Position numbers and translations under genes: made by a program. 56,402 nucleotides of DNA from a virus (Duplodnaviria > Caudoviricetes): the IMG/VR virus record IMGVR_UViG_3300042882_000312, positions 1 through 56,402 of that record, one strand, 5' to 3'. Of this stretch, positions 8,325 through 18,290 are shown one piece after another. The notes beneath the pieces were generated by a model. The model was not told the DNA's origin. It saw only the letters and a program-made list of their open reading frames with translations, and ran no database searches. Numbering within the stretch: position 1 is the first letter of the stretch; each line of letters opens with the position of its first letter.

Positions 8325-9416
8325 ATGTCGATTCATCGCCGTGGGGAAGTCTGGTGGTATGCGTTCTCGGTGCGTGGCAAGTTGTACCGGGGCTCCTGCA
8401 AGACCAAGGATGAGCATGCCGCCCAGGAGCTGCACGACAGGCTCAAGCACGAAGCCTGGAGTGAGCGGGTTCTGAAGAAGGCAGTGCGCCGTACCTGGGA
8501 GGATGCGGCCGACAAGTGGCTGGCCGACCATGCAGGCAAACGAAGCTACAAGGACGACGAGCGGTATGACGCGTTCTGGCGGCGGGAGTTCGCCGAGGTC
8601 GGTGTGAAGTATCTGGACGAGGTGACGCCTGATGTGGTCGCCGACATCCGGGACGAGGAAGTAGGTCGTCCGAAGCTGCGTGGCGATGGCGTGATCCAGC
8701 CCGCAACGGTCAACCGGCACCTGGCGTTCTTGCGCTCGGTGATGCTGGCGGCGGCGCGAGAGTGGTTGTGGATTCCGTCCTCACCCAAGTTCGTGTTGCT
8801 CGATGAGGCTGACTGGCGCATGCGGTTCCTCACGCCACCCGAGTTCGAGCGGTTGGCCAATGCGTTGCCAGAGCCGTACCGTGCGGCCTCGAGGTTCGCA
8901 GTGACCACGGGTTTGCGCAGGGCCAATGTGTTCGGCCTGACGTGGCGCAACCTGTCGGTGCAAGGCGGGCTGACGGTGGCGACGTTCGCGCAGCAAGTGA
9001 TGAAGAACGGCCTGCCGTTTGCGATTCCCCTGTCACCGACCGCGCAGGCGGTGATCAAGGCGCAGATGGGCAAGCACCCGGAGCTGGTGTTCCCGAGGCC
9101 CGATGGGGGCAGGGTGTGCGACATCCCCCCGGGCATGTGGAAGAAGACGCTGGCTGAAGCGAAGCTGTCGGACCTGCGCTGGCACGATCTCAGGCACACC
9201 TGGGCGTCGTGGCTGCGGCAGTCGGGGGTGAGTCTGGACCGCTTGCAGGAGCTGGGCGGGTGGAAGTCGCAGGAGATGGTGCAGCGGTACGCCCATCTGA
9301 ACGTCTCGCACCTTGCGCAGCATGCGTTTGTGATCGAGCAGATGCTCACGTCGCAGGCGCATTCGCCGAATCTTGGAATGGGCCTGGCTCGGCCGTTCCT
9401 TGAGGCGGTGGCCTGA
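8325..9416 (+). CDS. int: Tyrosine integrase
   Basis: TGLRRANV (R), WHDLRHTWASW (HxxR), LGGW, RYAH (Y); GGAG RBS. Confidence 0.96.
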   Translation: MSIHRRGEVWWYAFSVRGKLYRGSCKTKDEHAAQELHDRLKHEAWSERVLKKAVRRTWEDAADKWLADHAGKRSYKDDERYDAFWRREFAEVGVKYLDEVTPDVVADIRDEEVGRPKLRGDGVIQPATVNRHLAFLRSVMLAAAREWLWIPSSPKFVLLDEADWRMRFLTPPEFERLANALPEPYRAASRFAVTTGLRRANVFGLTWRNLSVQGGLTVATFAQQVMKNGLPFAIPLSPTAQAVIKAQMGKHPELVFPRPDGGRVCDIPPGMWKKTLAEAKLSDLRWHDLRHTWASWLRQSGVSLDRLQELGGWKSQEMVQRYAHLNVSHLAQHAFVIEQMLTSQAHSPNLGMGLARPFLEAVA

Positions 9417-9422
9417 AAGGAA

Positions 9423-9455
9423 AAGGGCACTGCACGTTTTTCGCACAGTGCCCTT
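9423..9455 (-). terminator. Intrinsic terminator hairpin between convergent int and late operon
   Basis: AAGGGCACTG...CAGTGCCCTT with an A-tract on the left. Confidence 0.6.
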
Positions 9456-9495
9456 GAGGGTCACGAGCACTTTGAAGGCAAGTGCTTGATTTTTA

Positions 9496-9540
9496 TGGCT
9501 CCCCGACCTGGGCTCGAACCAGGGACCTGCGGATTAACAG
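9496..9540 (-). other. attP: attP core: 3' half of a host tRNA-Asn(GTT)
   Basis: Reverse complement CTGTTAATCCGCAGGTCCCTGGTTCGAGCCCAGGTCGGGGAGCCA runs from the anticodon loop to CCA, 80 nt after int; no 5' half. Confidence 0.9.
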
Positions 9541-9671
9541 CCGGTAAAGTCTGTGTTGAGGTAGGTAGCAGTGTGTAGCTGGGTGTAGTGGAATCAACCA
9601 CTTACCGTACGAAGGCCGCTCTCCTTGTACATCCAGCTACCCTGCGCAACTACACGTTTTCAGCACAGTCC

Positions 9672-12600
9672 TCAGTCGTTGGCCAGCAGAACTTCACGCA
9701 TCTGCGGGTTGGTTTGCAGGATGCGCTTGACGGCGTTGGCCACCACTTGCTTCTCGGCCTCGCGGCTGCGGTTGTACAGCTCGACCTTGCGCTCTTGCGG
9801 GATGTTGGCCGACTCGAGCTCGTTGCGCACCTTCCTGATCGAGCCCACCTGGTAGTCCGCCGCAGTGATGATCGCCTTGGCGACACCCAGGCTTGGGTAC
9901 TCCTTGATGATCTCGGCCCGGTTGCCGGGGTTGATCGTGTAGTCGTCCACCTTCGTCTTGATGAAGGTCTCGGCGCGGCGCAGCATCCCGAAGTTGTAGC
10001 CCTCTGGGACCTTGGCAGTCAGACGGTCAACGATCGGCAGGGCGGCGTCCTTCGTGTCGTAGCCCTGAGCCTTGCGTGCTGACCACGAGGCGAACTTGTA
10101 CGTCTCGGCCGCGATACCAGGCAGGTAGCCGCCGACCAGGTAGTCGAAGGCACCGGGGTTCACGTCGATCACGCCAGGGTTCACCTTGTCGCCGCCAGTG
10201 ATGGCGTTCAGGCCACGGAAGACCGCGGTCGAGATCGGGCTTGCCGAGTCGAAGTTCATGTGCGAGTCGGCCCGCTTGCCGCCGCCGAACATCGAGGCTT
10301 CCTTGGCGATCGGTGCGCCGAACCGGTTCTCGTTGAGGACCAGGTCCAGCAGCGGAGACAGCACGGTCGGGGTGACAGCCTTCAGTACGCCAACACCGGT
10401 CGAGCTCGCATCCAGCATCGCGCCGCCCATAGGCGAGAACGACTCGAACGCAGTGCCAGCGATCCGCTTGATGGTGGTCGAGGGTGACTGTGAGCCAGCC
10501 CACAGTGTGTCGGCCATGAAGTTGCCAGCGGCGAAGAACACGTTCCAGCCGTACGGGATCGGGATCGCCATGCCAGGCATGTCAGGCCAAAGCACGATCG
10601 AGGTGGCACGCTTGAACACCGGCACCTTGTCCAGCTTGTCGATGCCGTCGTCGTCCTCGCCACCAAGGGCGCGAGCGATGATGTTGGCGATGAAGCCAGC
10701 GGAGGCCATGCCCAGGGCGATCTTGCCCATCGTCTTGGGGTTCTCCTTGGCCAGGCGGTACATCTTGTTCGTGCCCTGCACTGCGGGGTTGAAGAACAAG
10801 AACATGTTGCGCATGAACTTCGAGCTGCCGCGCATGTTGAAGTTCACCGTGATGTCGCCAGCAAAGCGTGCTGCCTCGACGGCCGAGTAGCCGTTGTCGC
10901 GCATGACCTTGAAGGCGGCGATCCGGGGAGCCATTTCCATCGGGATGTTGATGGACTCCACGAAGTCGGCCATCTTGCTCACGACGTCCTTGAACGAGCC
11001 AGGCTTTGCGGGGTTCATCAGGCGCTCGAGGTCAGCCACCTGGTTCTCGAGGCTGCGCAGGTTCAGGAAGCTGGTTGCGCCGCCTGCATCACGCATCTCG
11101 TTGTACGCATCGAGGACGTCCTGGTTGGCGCTGTGTCCACGCTTGCCATCGGTGGCGATGTGGAACGCCGCCTTGATAGCCTGCGGTTGCAGCTTGACCA
11201 TCTGAGCCGCCATCTCGCGGGTGATACGACCCTCGGTCACGGCGTTGAAGTACAAGTTCTGCAAGTCACGGGTGTAGTTGACCGCCGTCCAGGCAGGGTT
11301 CCATGTGGTCAGCATCTGACCCATGATCTGGTTGGCGCGGCCAGAGAAGCGCTGGAAGGCGTTGGTCGCCTCGGGTGGCCAGACCATGCCGTTGATCGCC
11401 TCAGCAAACGAGCCTGGACCCTTCTGCTTGAACTCCATCGTGATGGGCTTGCCCTTCACATGCACGACCATGACGTCGCGGTTCTGGATGTAGCGCTCGT
11501 CTGTCGCCTCGGTGACCTGGCCGTTCTCATCCAGCTTACGCACGGTGGCCAGCTTGTTGACCACCACGAAGTCTGGGTCGTAGTTGATCTCGAACATGGC
11601 CAGCACCTTCTGCTTGACCTTGTTCTTCTCGGCGTGGATCACCGCAGCCTCGAAGGACTGGAGTGTGCGGATCAGGATGTCGGACGCAGCATCACCGCGG
11701 CCCATTGCTCGGCGGTCCTTTCGGGTGCCGAACTTGGGACCACCGGCCAGGATGACCGGGTTGTCGAACTGGTCGATGTTCTCGTTCACGCCAGACAGGT
11801 TGACGTAGTAGTCGTACTGGCTGCGGGCCTTGAGCTCGTCCGTGCCGATCATGCCCGACTCGTACATCTCCTCGAGCTTCACGTTCGAGATGTCCTTGAG
11901 GACAGCCGTCATCTCGGCCAGTGTGTTGGCGTATGGCTGGTTCGACATGGCGTTCAGGATCGCGTCACCGTCAGCGGTGAAGATGCCGGAGCCACCGTCT
12001 TGCTGGTTGGGGTTCACCTTGGCGATCTGAGCGTTACGCTCTGCCGCGTGGCGTGCGCCGAGGTAAGCATCGAGCAGGCTGAGGTTGCCCAGGCGTGCGT
12101 CCTTGAGCTTGAGGCCAGGGAAGGCTTCGGCCAGCGTGGTGTCGCCACCCTCTTTGCCGAACTGCTCGACCAGCTTCATCAGCGGCTTCTCGAAGAACTT
12201 GCGGTACTTCTCCAGCTTCGCGCCAGTGCGTCGCTCGTACAAACCCTCGAGGTCTGGGCGAACGTCGTAGGCCTCGTTGATCTTGCCGCTGCGCTCCAAG
12301 TGGTTGACCACCTCGAACACGGGCGTGTACTCGTTCTGATACCAGATCGTGGCGTTGCGCTTGACCAGGTTCCAGGCTGTCTTCAGACCTTCCTTGCTGG
12401 TGAAGTTGACGTCCTCTGCAAGGATGCGGAAGTCGGGAATCTTCGCCAGGTCGGAAGGAATCTTGTTGTCGATGTAGACACCAGAGCGAGTGCGGCGCTC
12501 GATGCGACCGAGCTTGCGCATGGAGGCGACCACCTTGTCGTAGTCGGCCTCGATGGCGGTGTTGAAGCCCTTGCGCATGTCGTCGCCAGTGGCGGTGAAG

Positions 12601-15600
12601 ACGGACCAGCGGTCCAGCACAGGGTTGTAGCGGGCGTACGCAACGGTCTTGCCGCCCTTGGCAGAGAACAACTCGTACGGGGTGCGTGTCGCCGCCAGAC
12701 GCAGGTCATCAGGCGTGCCCTGCACAGGACGATCGCCACGGCGAACAGCTTGTTTGGCACCGCGCAGCAGGTAGGCAACCTCGAACTCACCCTTGCTGGC
12801 CATCCAGTTGGCAACGCGCTCCATGCCGATCTTGCGCAGGCCAGCGATGACCTTGCCGATGTAGCCCTGGAAGACGCCAGAGTTCTTGCCCGAAGCCTGC
12901 ATGTCGGACAGCACTTCGTCCACAGCCTCGAGGCGACCCATCGACTCCTCGGCCATACGCGCATCAGCGGCACGGCGAACGTCGGGGCTGGTCTTGTACA
13001 AGCGCTCGAGGTAGGCGTCGAAGTCAGCGCCCATGAAGGCACGCATGCCGTAGTGACCCTGCACTTCGTGGAACAGGGTGAACTCGGCATCAGCCAGCGA
13101 CTCGGCGTGGTCGGTGAAGACGAACGCTTCACCGTTCAGGTACAAGCCCTTGGCGTACATGTTGTCGCCCAGCTTGGCCATGACCTTCTCGCGCAGATCG
13201 GCGGGCAGGCTCTGGAGGTTGGGCACCACATGGATGTGGGGTGCTGCCGCCCACTTGGCGGTGATCTTGCCCAGGTGCTCGGCAACGACGGCCGGGACCA
13301 GGTTGCCTTGGTAGAAACCCTTGCGGAAGCGGTACTGCTCGCCGCCAAGCAGAGAGCTGGGAACGTCCACTGGACGGACGCTGCGCTCACGGCGCTCAGC
13401 AGCAAGCTCACCCTGTGAGCCTTCTGTTTCGGTCTCGATGTCTGCGTCTTCATCGACAGGCGCAGTCAGGGACGCCATGCCCTCGACGTCAGCCTCGGTC
13501 ACCAGGCCAGCGTTCTGGAGCTCCTCCAGAGATTGGTCGGTCTCGTAGGTCTGCTCGGCCAGGCCGCGATCACGATCGCCAGCCATGTCGACCGTCATGC
13601 CAAAGCCCTCGTCAGGCATGAACTTGGCACCGATGTTCGAGCGTGGTGGCTCAACCATCATGGCGTTCATGTAGACGCTGTCGATGTACTCGGCAGCAGC
13701 AGCTTCGGCGGCGGCTTGGCTCTCGAAGATTTCACCCGTCTCCATGTCGATGCCGCTGGTCATCAGGGAGCGGACCTTGGCGACCGCATCCAGCACGGAT
13801 GGCAGCTCGTTCAGTTCGGAGTTGGCGACGGTGGCGTACAGGCGCTCGATGTCAGCAGGAGTGGTGCCAGGCACGCTGGTCAGAACCTGCTCGGCGTAGT
13901 CCATGTTGCGGATTTCGGCGAAGGCTGGAACCTTGGCCAGGATCACGGCTTCCTTGGCGATCGCGTCCTTCTTCTGCTGCACCCAGGAATCGAACGCAGC
14001 GCGGTCATCGGCCAGGCCTGTGAGGATTTCACCAGACAGGTCAGGGCGGCTGCGCAGTGCGAAGGCCACGTCCTGCATCCATGCCTCACGGGCATCGCCC
14101 AACCACTTGCTCAGCGTCTTGTCCTTGACCGCATCGGCCAGGGTGTAGTTGTTGAACAACAGGGCTGGGAAGGCGTCGTCAGCGTTGTCCGCGGCGACGG
14201 TCTGCTCCGTGACTTTGCGGCGTGAACGCAGCTCGCCACGCTTGGCAAACACGTTCTCGTGCAGCGCCAGCTCCTCGGCCGTGAAGCGAGCACGGGAGCC
14301 TGGGTTCACCGACATGACCTTGTCCATGCTGGTGAGCCATTCCATGCGGGTGGCGGTGGAGTGGCCAGCCTCCTCGAGGTGCTTGGCCAGAGGCTTGCGC
14401 ACAGCCAGTTGGCTGCTCACATCCAGTACGCCGCGAGGGATGTCGAGGCGGAACGAACGGAACGCAGCCGTCACGTCTTGGAAGCTGAAGTCGCCGTCAC
14501 GCAGGCCCTGGTCGATGTAGCCGTTCAGGTCACTGGCCGACAGCAGCTTGTTGCGGTAGTCAGACACGAAGCCCATCGCCACGCGCAGGCCGTCGAACAT
14601 GTCGCTCTGGGCATCAGCCACAGGCAGCTCGATGCGCTCAGCCTCTTCAACAGCTCGAGTCTCGCGGAAGGAGATCGCGCTGTAGTAGTCGTTGAACACC
14701 TTGCGTGCGTCCGCTTCGGGCATGCCGCCAGAGATCGCCGAGCGTGCGGCAGTCATCAGGCGGTCAGCCACACGGCTCATCGACTGCTTGAACAGGCGGG
14801 CCTTGGCGGAGATCGAGTTCTCGCGGACCTTGGTCAACTCCTCGGTCAGCAGGCGACGTGCGGCCAACAGCTCTTGGCGTGAGCTCGGCTTGTCCGCCAC
14901 GAAGCCATCGGCGAACCGGTCGTAGGCGTTCATGTCGTAGATGCCCCACAGACCGGGAGCTTCGTCGTCATCGTTGATGGCGGTGAACGTCTTGCCGTCT
15001 ACCTCGATCTTGTCCAGCGCCTTTATCTTCGACTCGATGTCGGCGATCTGCTGCTCCAGGCCCACGATGGTGTCCTGGAAGAACTTGATGCTGCTGGCAC
15101 CCTTGATGATGCCGTCCATGCGCTCGCGCAGCCGGGTCATCGAAGGCGTGTCTGTGGATGGGCGAGGACCGAACGACAGTCGCAACTGGCCGCGAGGCTG
15201 GGTCGTCTGCTCGGTCCTGGATTCGGGTTTACCCTTAGTCTTCGGAGCGCTGACGAAGGTCATGCCTTCTTGGTCATCGGTCACCGGGGTCTCGTCCGTG
15301 CGAGCCACCTGTACGGCGCTTGGGTTGGTGACGAGCTGGCCACTGCGGTTCACGTAGTCGCCATAGCGCTTGCGCTCATCGACGCGGACAGTGCGGCCGT
15401 CATCCGTGGTTACGGTCTGCTGGCGATCAGCGGGCACAGGAGCGGCTTTCGCTGCTGGCGCAGGGGTTGGTGCCACCGCCGCCTTTTGAGGGGCTGGAGC
15501 GGCCGTCTGGGCAGGCTGCGTGGCCATGCGTTGCAGCTCGGTGAACGAGCCGAAGCCCTTGGCGTACAGACCAGCCTCTTTGAACGTGCGTGCTGCCGCT

Positions 15601-18281
15601 GGCAGGTTGCCTTCTCGCAGCAGATTGACCACCCGCTCGAGCGCCTTCGCGTCGTCTGCTGGCTTGGACGGCATCTCGTCCATGTCAGAGACTTGGGGCG
15701 GCAGTGAGGGTTTACCCTTACCTTGAGCGGCTTGTTGGATGCCCTGGCTCGCGAAGCTGGCCATCATGTCGCGCACCTTCTCGAACTGCGCGATCTCCTT
15801 GCCGATCTGCTGGCGGCTGCTTTCGGCGTTGGCGCGGAAGCTGGAGATGATGGTGTCCATCGCTTGCAGGATGCGGTCCAGCAGGGATGGGTTGCGCTGG
15901 CCGAGCTGCTGCCAGAACTTCTTGTCCGTGAACATCGTGCCCATGACGTCGGCAGCGATCTCGCTGTCGGTCTTGTTGGCCTGGCCCTTGCCCTCGTAGA
16001 ACTGCTTGTAGCGAGCCTGCGCTGCGCTGCTCAGGTAGGACTTGATCTCGAGCGCGAGCTGCTGCGCCTGGATGGGGAAGCGGCGCTCCAAGTCATGGAA
16101 CACTTCGTGGCCCAGCACGAACAGGCTGGCGTTGTCGGCTGCGGTCAGGTTCAGCAGCACGGTGCCACGGCCGTTTGAGTTGGCCATGTAGCGACCCGAC
16201 TTCTTGCGGATCGCGGGGTTCTTGCCGGTGTAGTTGTAGGCGACGACGTTGACGCCGAACAGGTTGCCGATGCGGTTGAAGTAGGTCGGTGCCTTGGTCT
16301 GCTGGAAGTTCTCCAGAGGCTCGCCGAACTCGACAGACATCGTCTTCGACAGGTTCTCGAACGTGCCCTCGCGGCCGGTGACCACGCTCCTTGGCGCTTC
16401 GCTGTTCAGGATTTCGCTGGCCTCTTGCGCCGTGAACCCGATCTCGAGCATCTCCTTGGTGGCGTTGTTGATCGCCGACTGACGCACCGCTGGGTTGGTC
16501 AAGCCGTTGATCTCTGAGCCGCGGCGAGCGAACTCAGCCTCGTAGCCGCCACGGTTCTTGTCGGTCAAGGGAACCACAGTGCCGTCAGGCGTGGTCATCT
16601 TGCTGAGGTCGACCGTGGGGCGATCGGCATCGCTCGCGGCTTGCTCGAGGCCGGAGCCTGTCTTACGCACACCCAGGCCTTGGGCCAAGGCGCTTGCCTC
16701 GAACTGGTCGGCCGGGTCCAGCTCCTCGCGACTCTCATCGGCGACGGGGTTGGTCTGCACCTCAGCGGCGGGGGCTGGGGCGGCAGGCTTGCGGACCTGC
16801 ATGTTGGCAGCAGCCTCGTTGGCTTTGATCTGGTCGGCTTCCTGCTCGGTCTGAGACGCGTAGTCGGCGCTCTCCCACATCTCGTCCCAAGTCTGGAACA
16901 GGCCTTCCTTGGGGGATGGCACCTTGTAGGTTCCAGCAGGCGGCTTGCCGTTGGCGTACATGTCCATCGACGACTGGAGGTCGGCCATGAAAGCCTGCGC
17001 CGTGTCGTTGGCCAGCTCGCGACGGGTGTCTTCCATCAGCTTGGCGTCAGCCAGAGCTTCTTGCACCTGGTCACCAACCTCGGAACGGGCAATGGCGCGG
17101 CTGATGAGCTCACGCTCCTCGTCGGTCTTGGCGTCCTGAGACATCACAGCCAGCAAGGCAGGCTTGGCCTGGAGGGTTTGGTTCACCTCCATCCAGCTCA
17201 TGGGTGGCAGCTCGGTGCCAGCCATGCGGTCGTCCGGTGCGTCACCCGAGGGTTTACCCTGAGATGGGGGCTTGTTGATGATGTCGCCGCCGACATCACC
17301 AGTGCCGCTCTCGGCTGCGTTGCCTCGGTAGGTGATGCCCTTGACGATGCCGCCAGACAGGCCACCGATCAGAGCTTCCTCTGACACGCCCTTGCCGGTG
17401 GGCTCATAGCCCATCACGTTGGTCAGCGCCTTCTGGCTACCTTCTTGACCACCTTCGGCCAGGACAGACTTGCCTGCCTGGGCGATGCGGCCACCCTTGT
17501 CGGCGAAGAAGCCGAGCTTGTTGGTGATGAAGGTCAGCGGCAGGTTGTAGGCGATCGCCTTATAGCCCTGACGCTCAGCCACGGTCTCGTTGCCGGTGTT
17601 CTTGAGTGCGCCCTCGAAGGCTTCTTGTCCAATCGAGGGGGCTTCCATTGCTGCGGCAGCGCCAGCGCCAACGATCCGGGCCAGGCCTGCGCCAGCACCC
17701 AGGGCACCAGCGCCAGCACCGACAGCCAAACCGCCAGCGATCATGGGCAGCGTAGAGGCCACGCCACCGACAACCTTCTGGAGCAGGTCTTGGTCTTCAG
17801 GGGTGAGAGCCGCAGCATCGACCTGAGCCTTCTGGCCCAGCTCCTCGATCGTCTTGATGCCGGTCTGACGGCCGACGTACTCAGCCGTTGCGCCAACCAT
17901 GTTGGCCAGGCCAGCAGCAGCGGAGTCAAACGTCTTCATCCCGTAGCCACGGGACTTGTCGTCGGTGCCCAGCTCTGCGCGGCGGGCGGTGATCTCAGCC
18001 TGCTTGGCCTTCTCGTCAGCCTTTACGCGCTCGATGCCGGTGGCGTCGATCTCGTTCGGGTTCGCGGTGTTCGTGCCGAACAAGCGAGTGATGGCGCTGT
18101 CCACCTTGTCGAAGGTGGTCTCAGGCTTCTTGGCCGGGGTGACCATTTCCTGGACTTCCTGCCTTGCCGCGTCATCGGGCTTGTAGAACAGGTTGTCCAG
18201 GTTGACACCAGCGCCAGGCCCCTTGAGGCCGCGTGTCGGCGGTGGATTGTCGAACAGCTTAGAGAGGTCCACCGACGACAT
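9672..18281 (-). CDS. Giant internal virion/ejection protein, large polyvalent protein with LPD38-like C-terminus
   Basis: 2869 aa at the end of the structural operon; Gly/Ala-rich hydrophobic N-terminal segments; LGHEVFH and FHEVQGHYG motifs; C-terminal ITVNF.RG..FLFFNPAVQG..IPIPYG. Confidence 0.8.
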   Translation of the reverse strand: MSSVDLSKLFDNPPPTRGLKGPGAGVNLDNLFYKPDDAARQEVQEMVTPAKKPETTFDKVDSAITRLFGTNTANPNEIDATGIERVKADEKAKQAEITARRAELGTDDKSRGYGMKTFDSAAAGLANMVGATAEYVGRQTGIKTIEELGQKAQVDAAALTPEDQDLLQKVVGGVASTLPMIAGGLAVGAGAGALGAGAGLARIVGAGAAAAMEAPSIGQEAFEGALKNTGNETVAERQGYKAIAYNLPLTFITNKLGFFADKGGRIAQAGKSVLAEGGQEGSQKALTNVMGYEPTGKGVSEEALIGGLSGGIVKGITYRGNAAESGTGDVGGDIINKPPSQGKPSGDAPDDRMAGTELPPMSWMEVNQTLQAKPALLAVMSQDAKTDEERELISRAIARSEVGDQVQEALADAKLMEDTRRELANDTAQAFMADLQSSMDMYANGKPPAGTYKVPSPKEGLFQTWDEMWESADYASQTEQEADQIKANEAAANMQVRKPAAPAPAAEVQTNPVADESREELDPADQFEASALAQGLGVRKTGSGLEQAASDADRPTVDLSKMTTPDGTVVPLTDKNRGGYEAEFARRGSEINGLTNPAVRQSAINNATKEMLEIGFTAQEASEILNSEAPRSVVTGREGTFENLSKTMSVEFGEPLENFQQTKAPTYFNRIGNLFGVNVVAYNYTGKNPAIRKKSGRYMANSNGRGTVLLNLTAADNASLFVLGHEVFHDLERRFPIQAQQLALEIKSYLSSAAQARYKQFYEGKGQANKTDSEIAADVMGTMFTDKKFWQQLGQRNPSLLDRILQAMDTIISSFRANAESSRQQIGKEIAQFEKVRDMMASFASQGIQQAAQGKGKPSLPPQVSDMDEMPSKPADDAKALERVVNLLREGNLPAAARTFKEAGLYAKGFGSFTELQRMATQPAQTAAPAPQKAAVAPTPAPAAKAAPVPADRQQTVTTDDGRTVRVDERKRYGDYVNRSGQLVTNPSAVQVARTDETPVTDDQEGMTFVSAPKTKGKPESRTEQTTQPRGQLRLSFGPRPSTDTPSMTRLRERMDGIIKGASSIKFFQDTIVGLEQQIADIESKIKALDKIEVDGKTFTAINDDDEAPGLWGIYDMNAYDRFADGFVADKPSSRQELLAARRLLTEELTKVRENSISAKARLFKQSMSRVADRLMTAARSAISGGMPEADARKVFNDYYSAISFRETRAVEEAERIELPVADAQSDMFDGLRVAMGFVSDYRNKLLSASDLNGYIDQGLRDGDFSFQDVTAAFRSFRLDIPRGVLDVSSQLAVRKPLAKHLEEAGHSTATRMEWLTSMDKVMSVNPGSRARFTAEELALHENVFAKRGELRSRRKVTEQTVAADNADDAFPALLFNNYTLADAVKDKTLSKWLGDAREAWMQDVAFALRSRPDLSGEILTGLADDRAAFDSWVQQKKDAIAKEAVILAKVPAFAEIRNMDYAEQVLTSVPGTTPADIERLYATVANSELNELPSVLDAVAKVRSLMTSGIDMETGEIFESQAAAEAAAAEYIDSVYMNAMMVEPPRSNIGAKFMPDEGFGMTVDMAGDRDRGLAEQTYETDQSLEELQNAGLVTEADVEGMASLTAPVDEDADIETETEGSQGELAAERRERSVRPVDVPSSLLGGEQYRFRKGFYQGNLVPAVVAEHLGKITAKWAAAPHIHVVPNLQSLPADLREKVMAKLGDNMYAKGLYLNGEAFVFTDHAESLADAEFTLFHEVQGHYGMRAFMGADFDAYLERLYKTSPDVRRAADARMAEESMGRLEAVDEVLSDMQASGKNSGVFQGYIGKVIAGLRKIGMERVANWMASKGEFEVAYLLRGAKQAVRRGDRPVQGTPDDLRLAATRTPYELFSAKGGKTVAYARYNPVLDRWSVFTATGDDMRKGFNTAIEADYDKVVASMRKLGRIERRTRSGVYIDNKIPSDLAKIPDFRILAEDVNFTSKEGLKTAWNLVKRNATIWYQNEYTPVFEVVNHLERSGKINEAYDVRPDLEGLYERRTGAKLEKYRKFFEKPLMKLVEQFGKEGGDTTLAEAFPGLKLKDARLGNLSLLDAYLGARHAAERNAQIAKVNPNQQDGGSGIFTADGDAILNAMSNQPYANTLAEMTAVLKDISNVKLEEMYESGMIGTDELKARSQYDYYVNLSGVNENIDQFDNPVILAGGPKFGTRKDRRAMGRGDAASDILIRTLQSFEAAVIHAEKNKVKQKVLAMFEINYDPDFVVVNKLATVRKLDENGQVTEATDERYIQNRDVMVVHVKGKPITMEFKQKGPGSFAEAINGMVWPPEATNAFQRFSGRANQIMGQMLTTWNPAWTAVNYTRDLQNLYFNAVTEGRITREMAAQMVKLQPQAIKAAFHIATDGKRGHSANQDVLDAYNEMRDAGGATSFLNLRSLENQVADLERLMNPAKPGSFKDVVSKMADFVESINIPMEMAPRIAAFKVMRDNGYSAVEAARFAGDITVNFNMRGSSKFMRNMFLFFNPAVQGTNKMYRLAKENPKTMGKIALGMASAGFIANIIARALGGEDDDGIDKLDKVPVFKRATSIVLWPDMPGMAIPIPYGWNVFFAAGNFMADTLWAGSQSPSTTIKRIAGTAFESFSPMGGAMLDASSTGVGVLKAVTPTVLSPLLDLVLNENRFGAPIAKEASMFGGGKRADSHMNFDSASPISTAVFRGLNAITGGDKVNPGVIDVNPGAFDYLVGGYLPGIAAETYKFASWSARKAQGYDTKDAALPIVDRLTAKVPEGYNFGMLRRAETFIKTKVDDYTINPGNRAEIIKEYPSLGVAKAIITAADYQVGSIRKVRNELESANIPQERKVELYNRSREAEKQVVANAVKRILQTNPQMREVLLAND

Positions 18282-18290
18282 AGAGATTCC

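Noticed and set aside
9496-9540. A sixth tRNA gene
   Set aside because: Only the 3' half is present; it is the attP core.
11133-13418. 761-aa plus-strand ORF
   Set aside because: Antisense shadow of the giant gene caused by GC-rich codon bias; no motifs or RBS.
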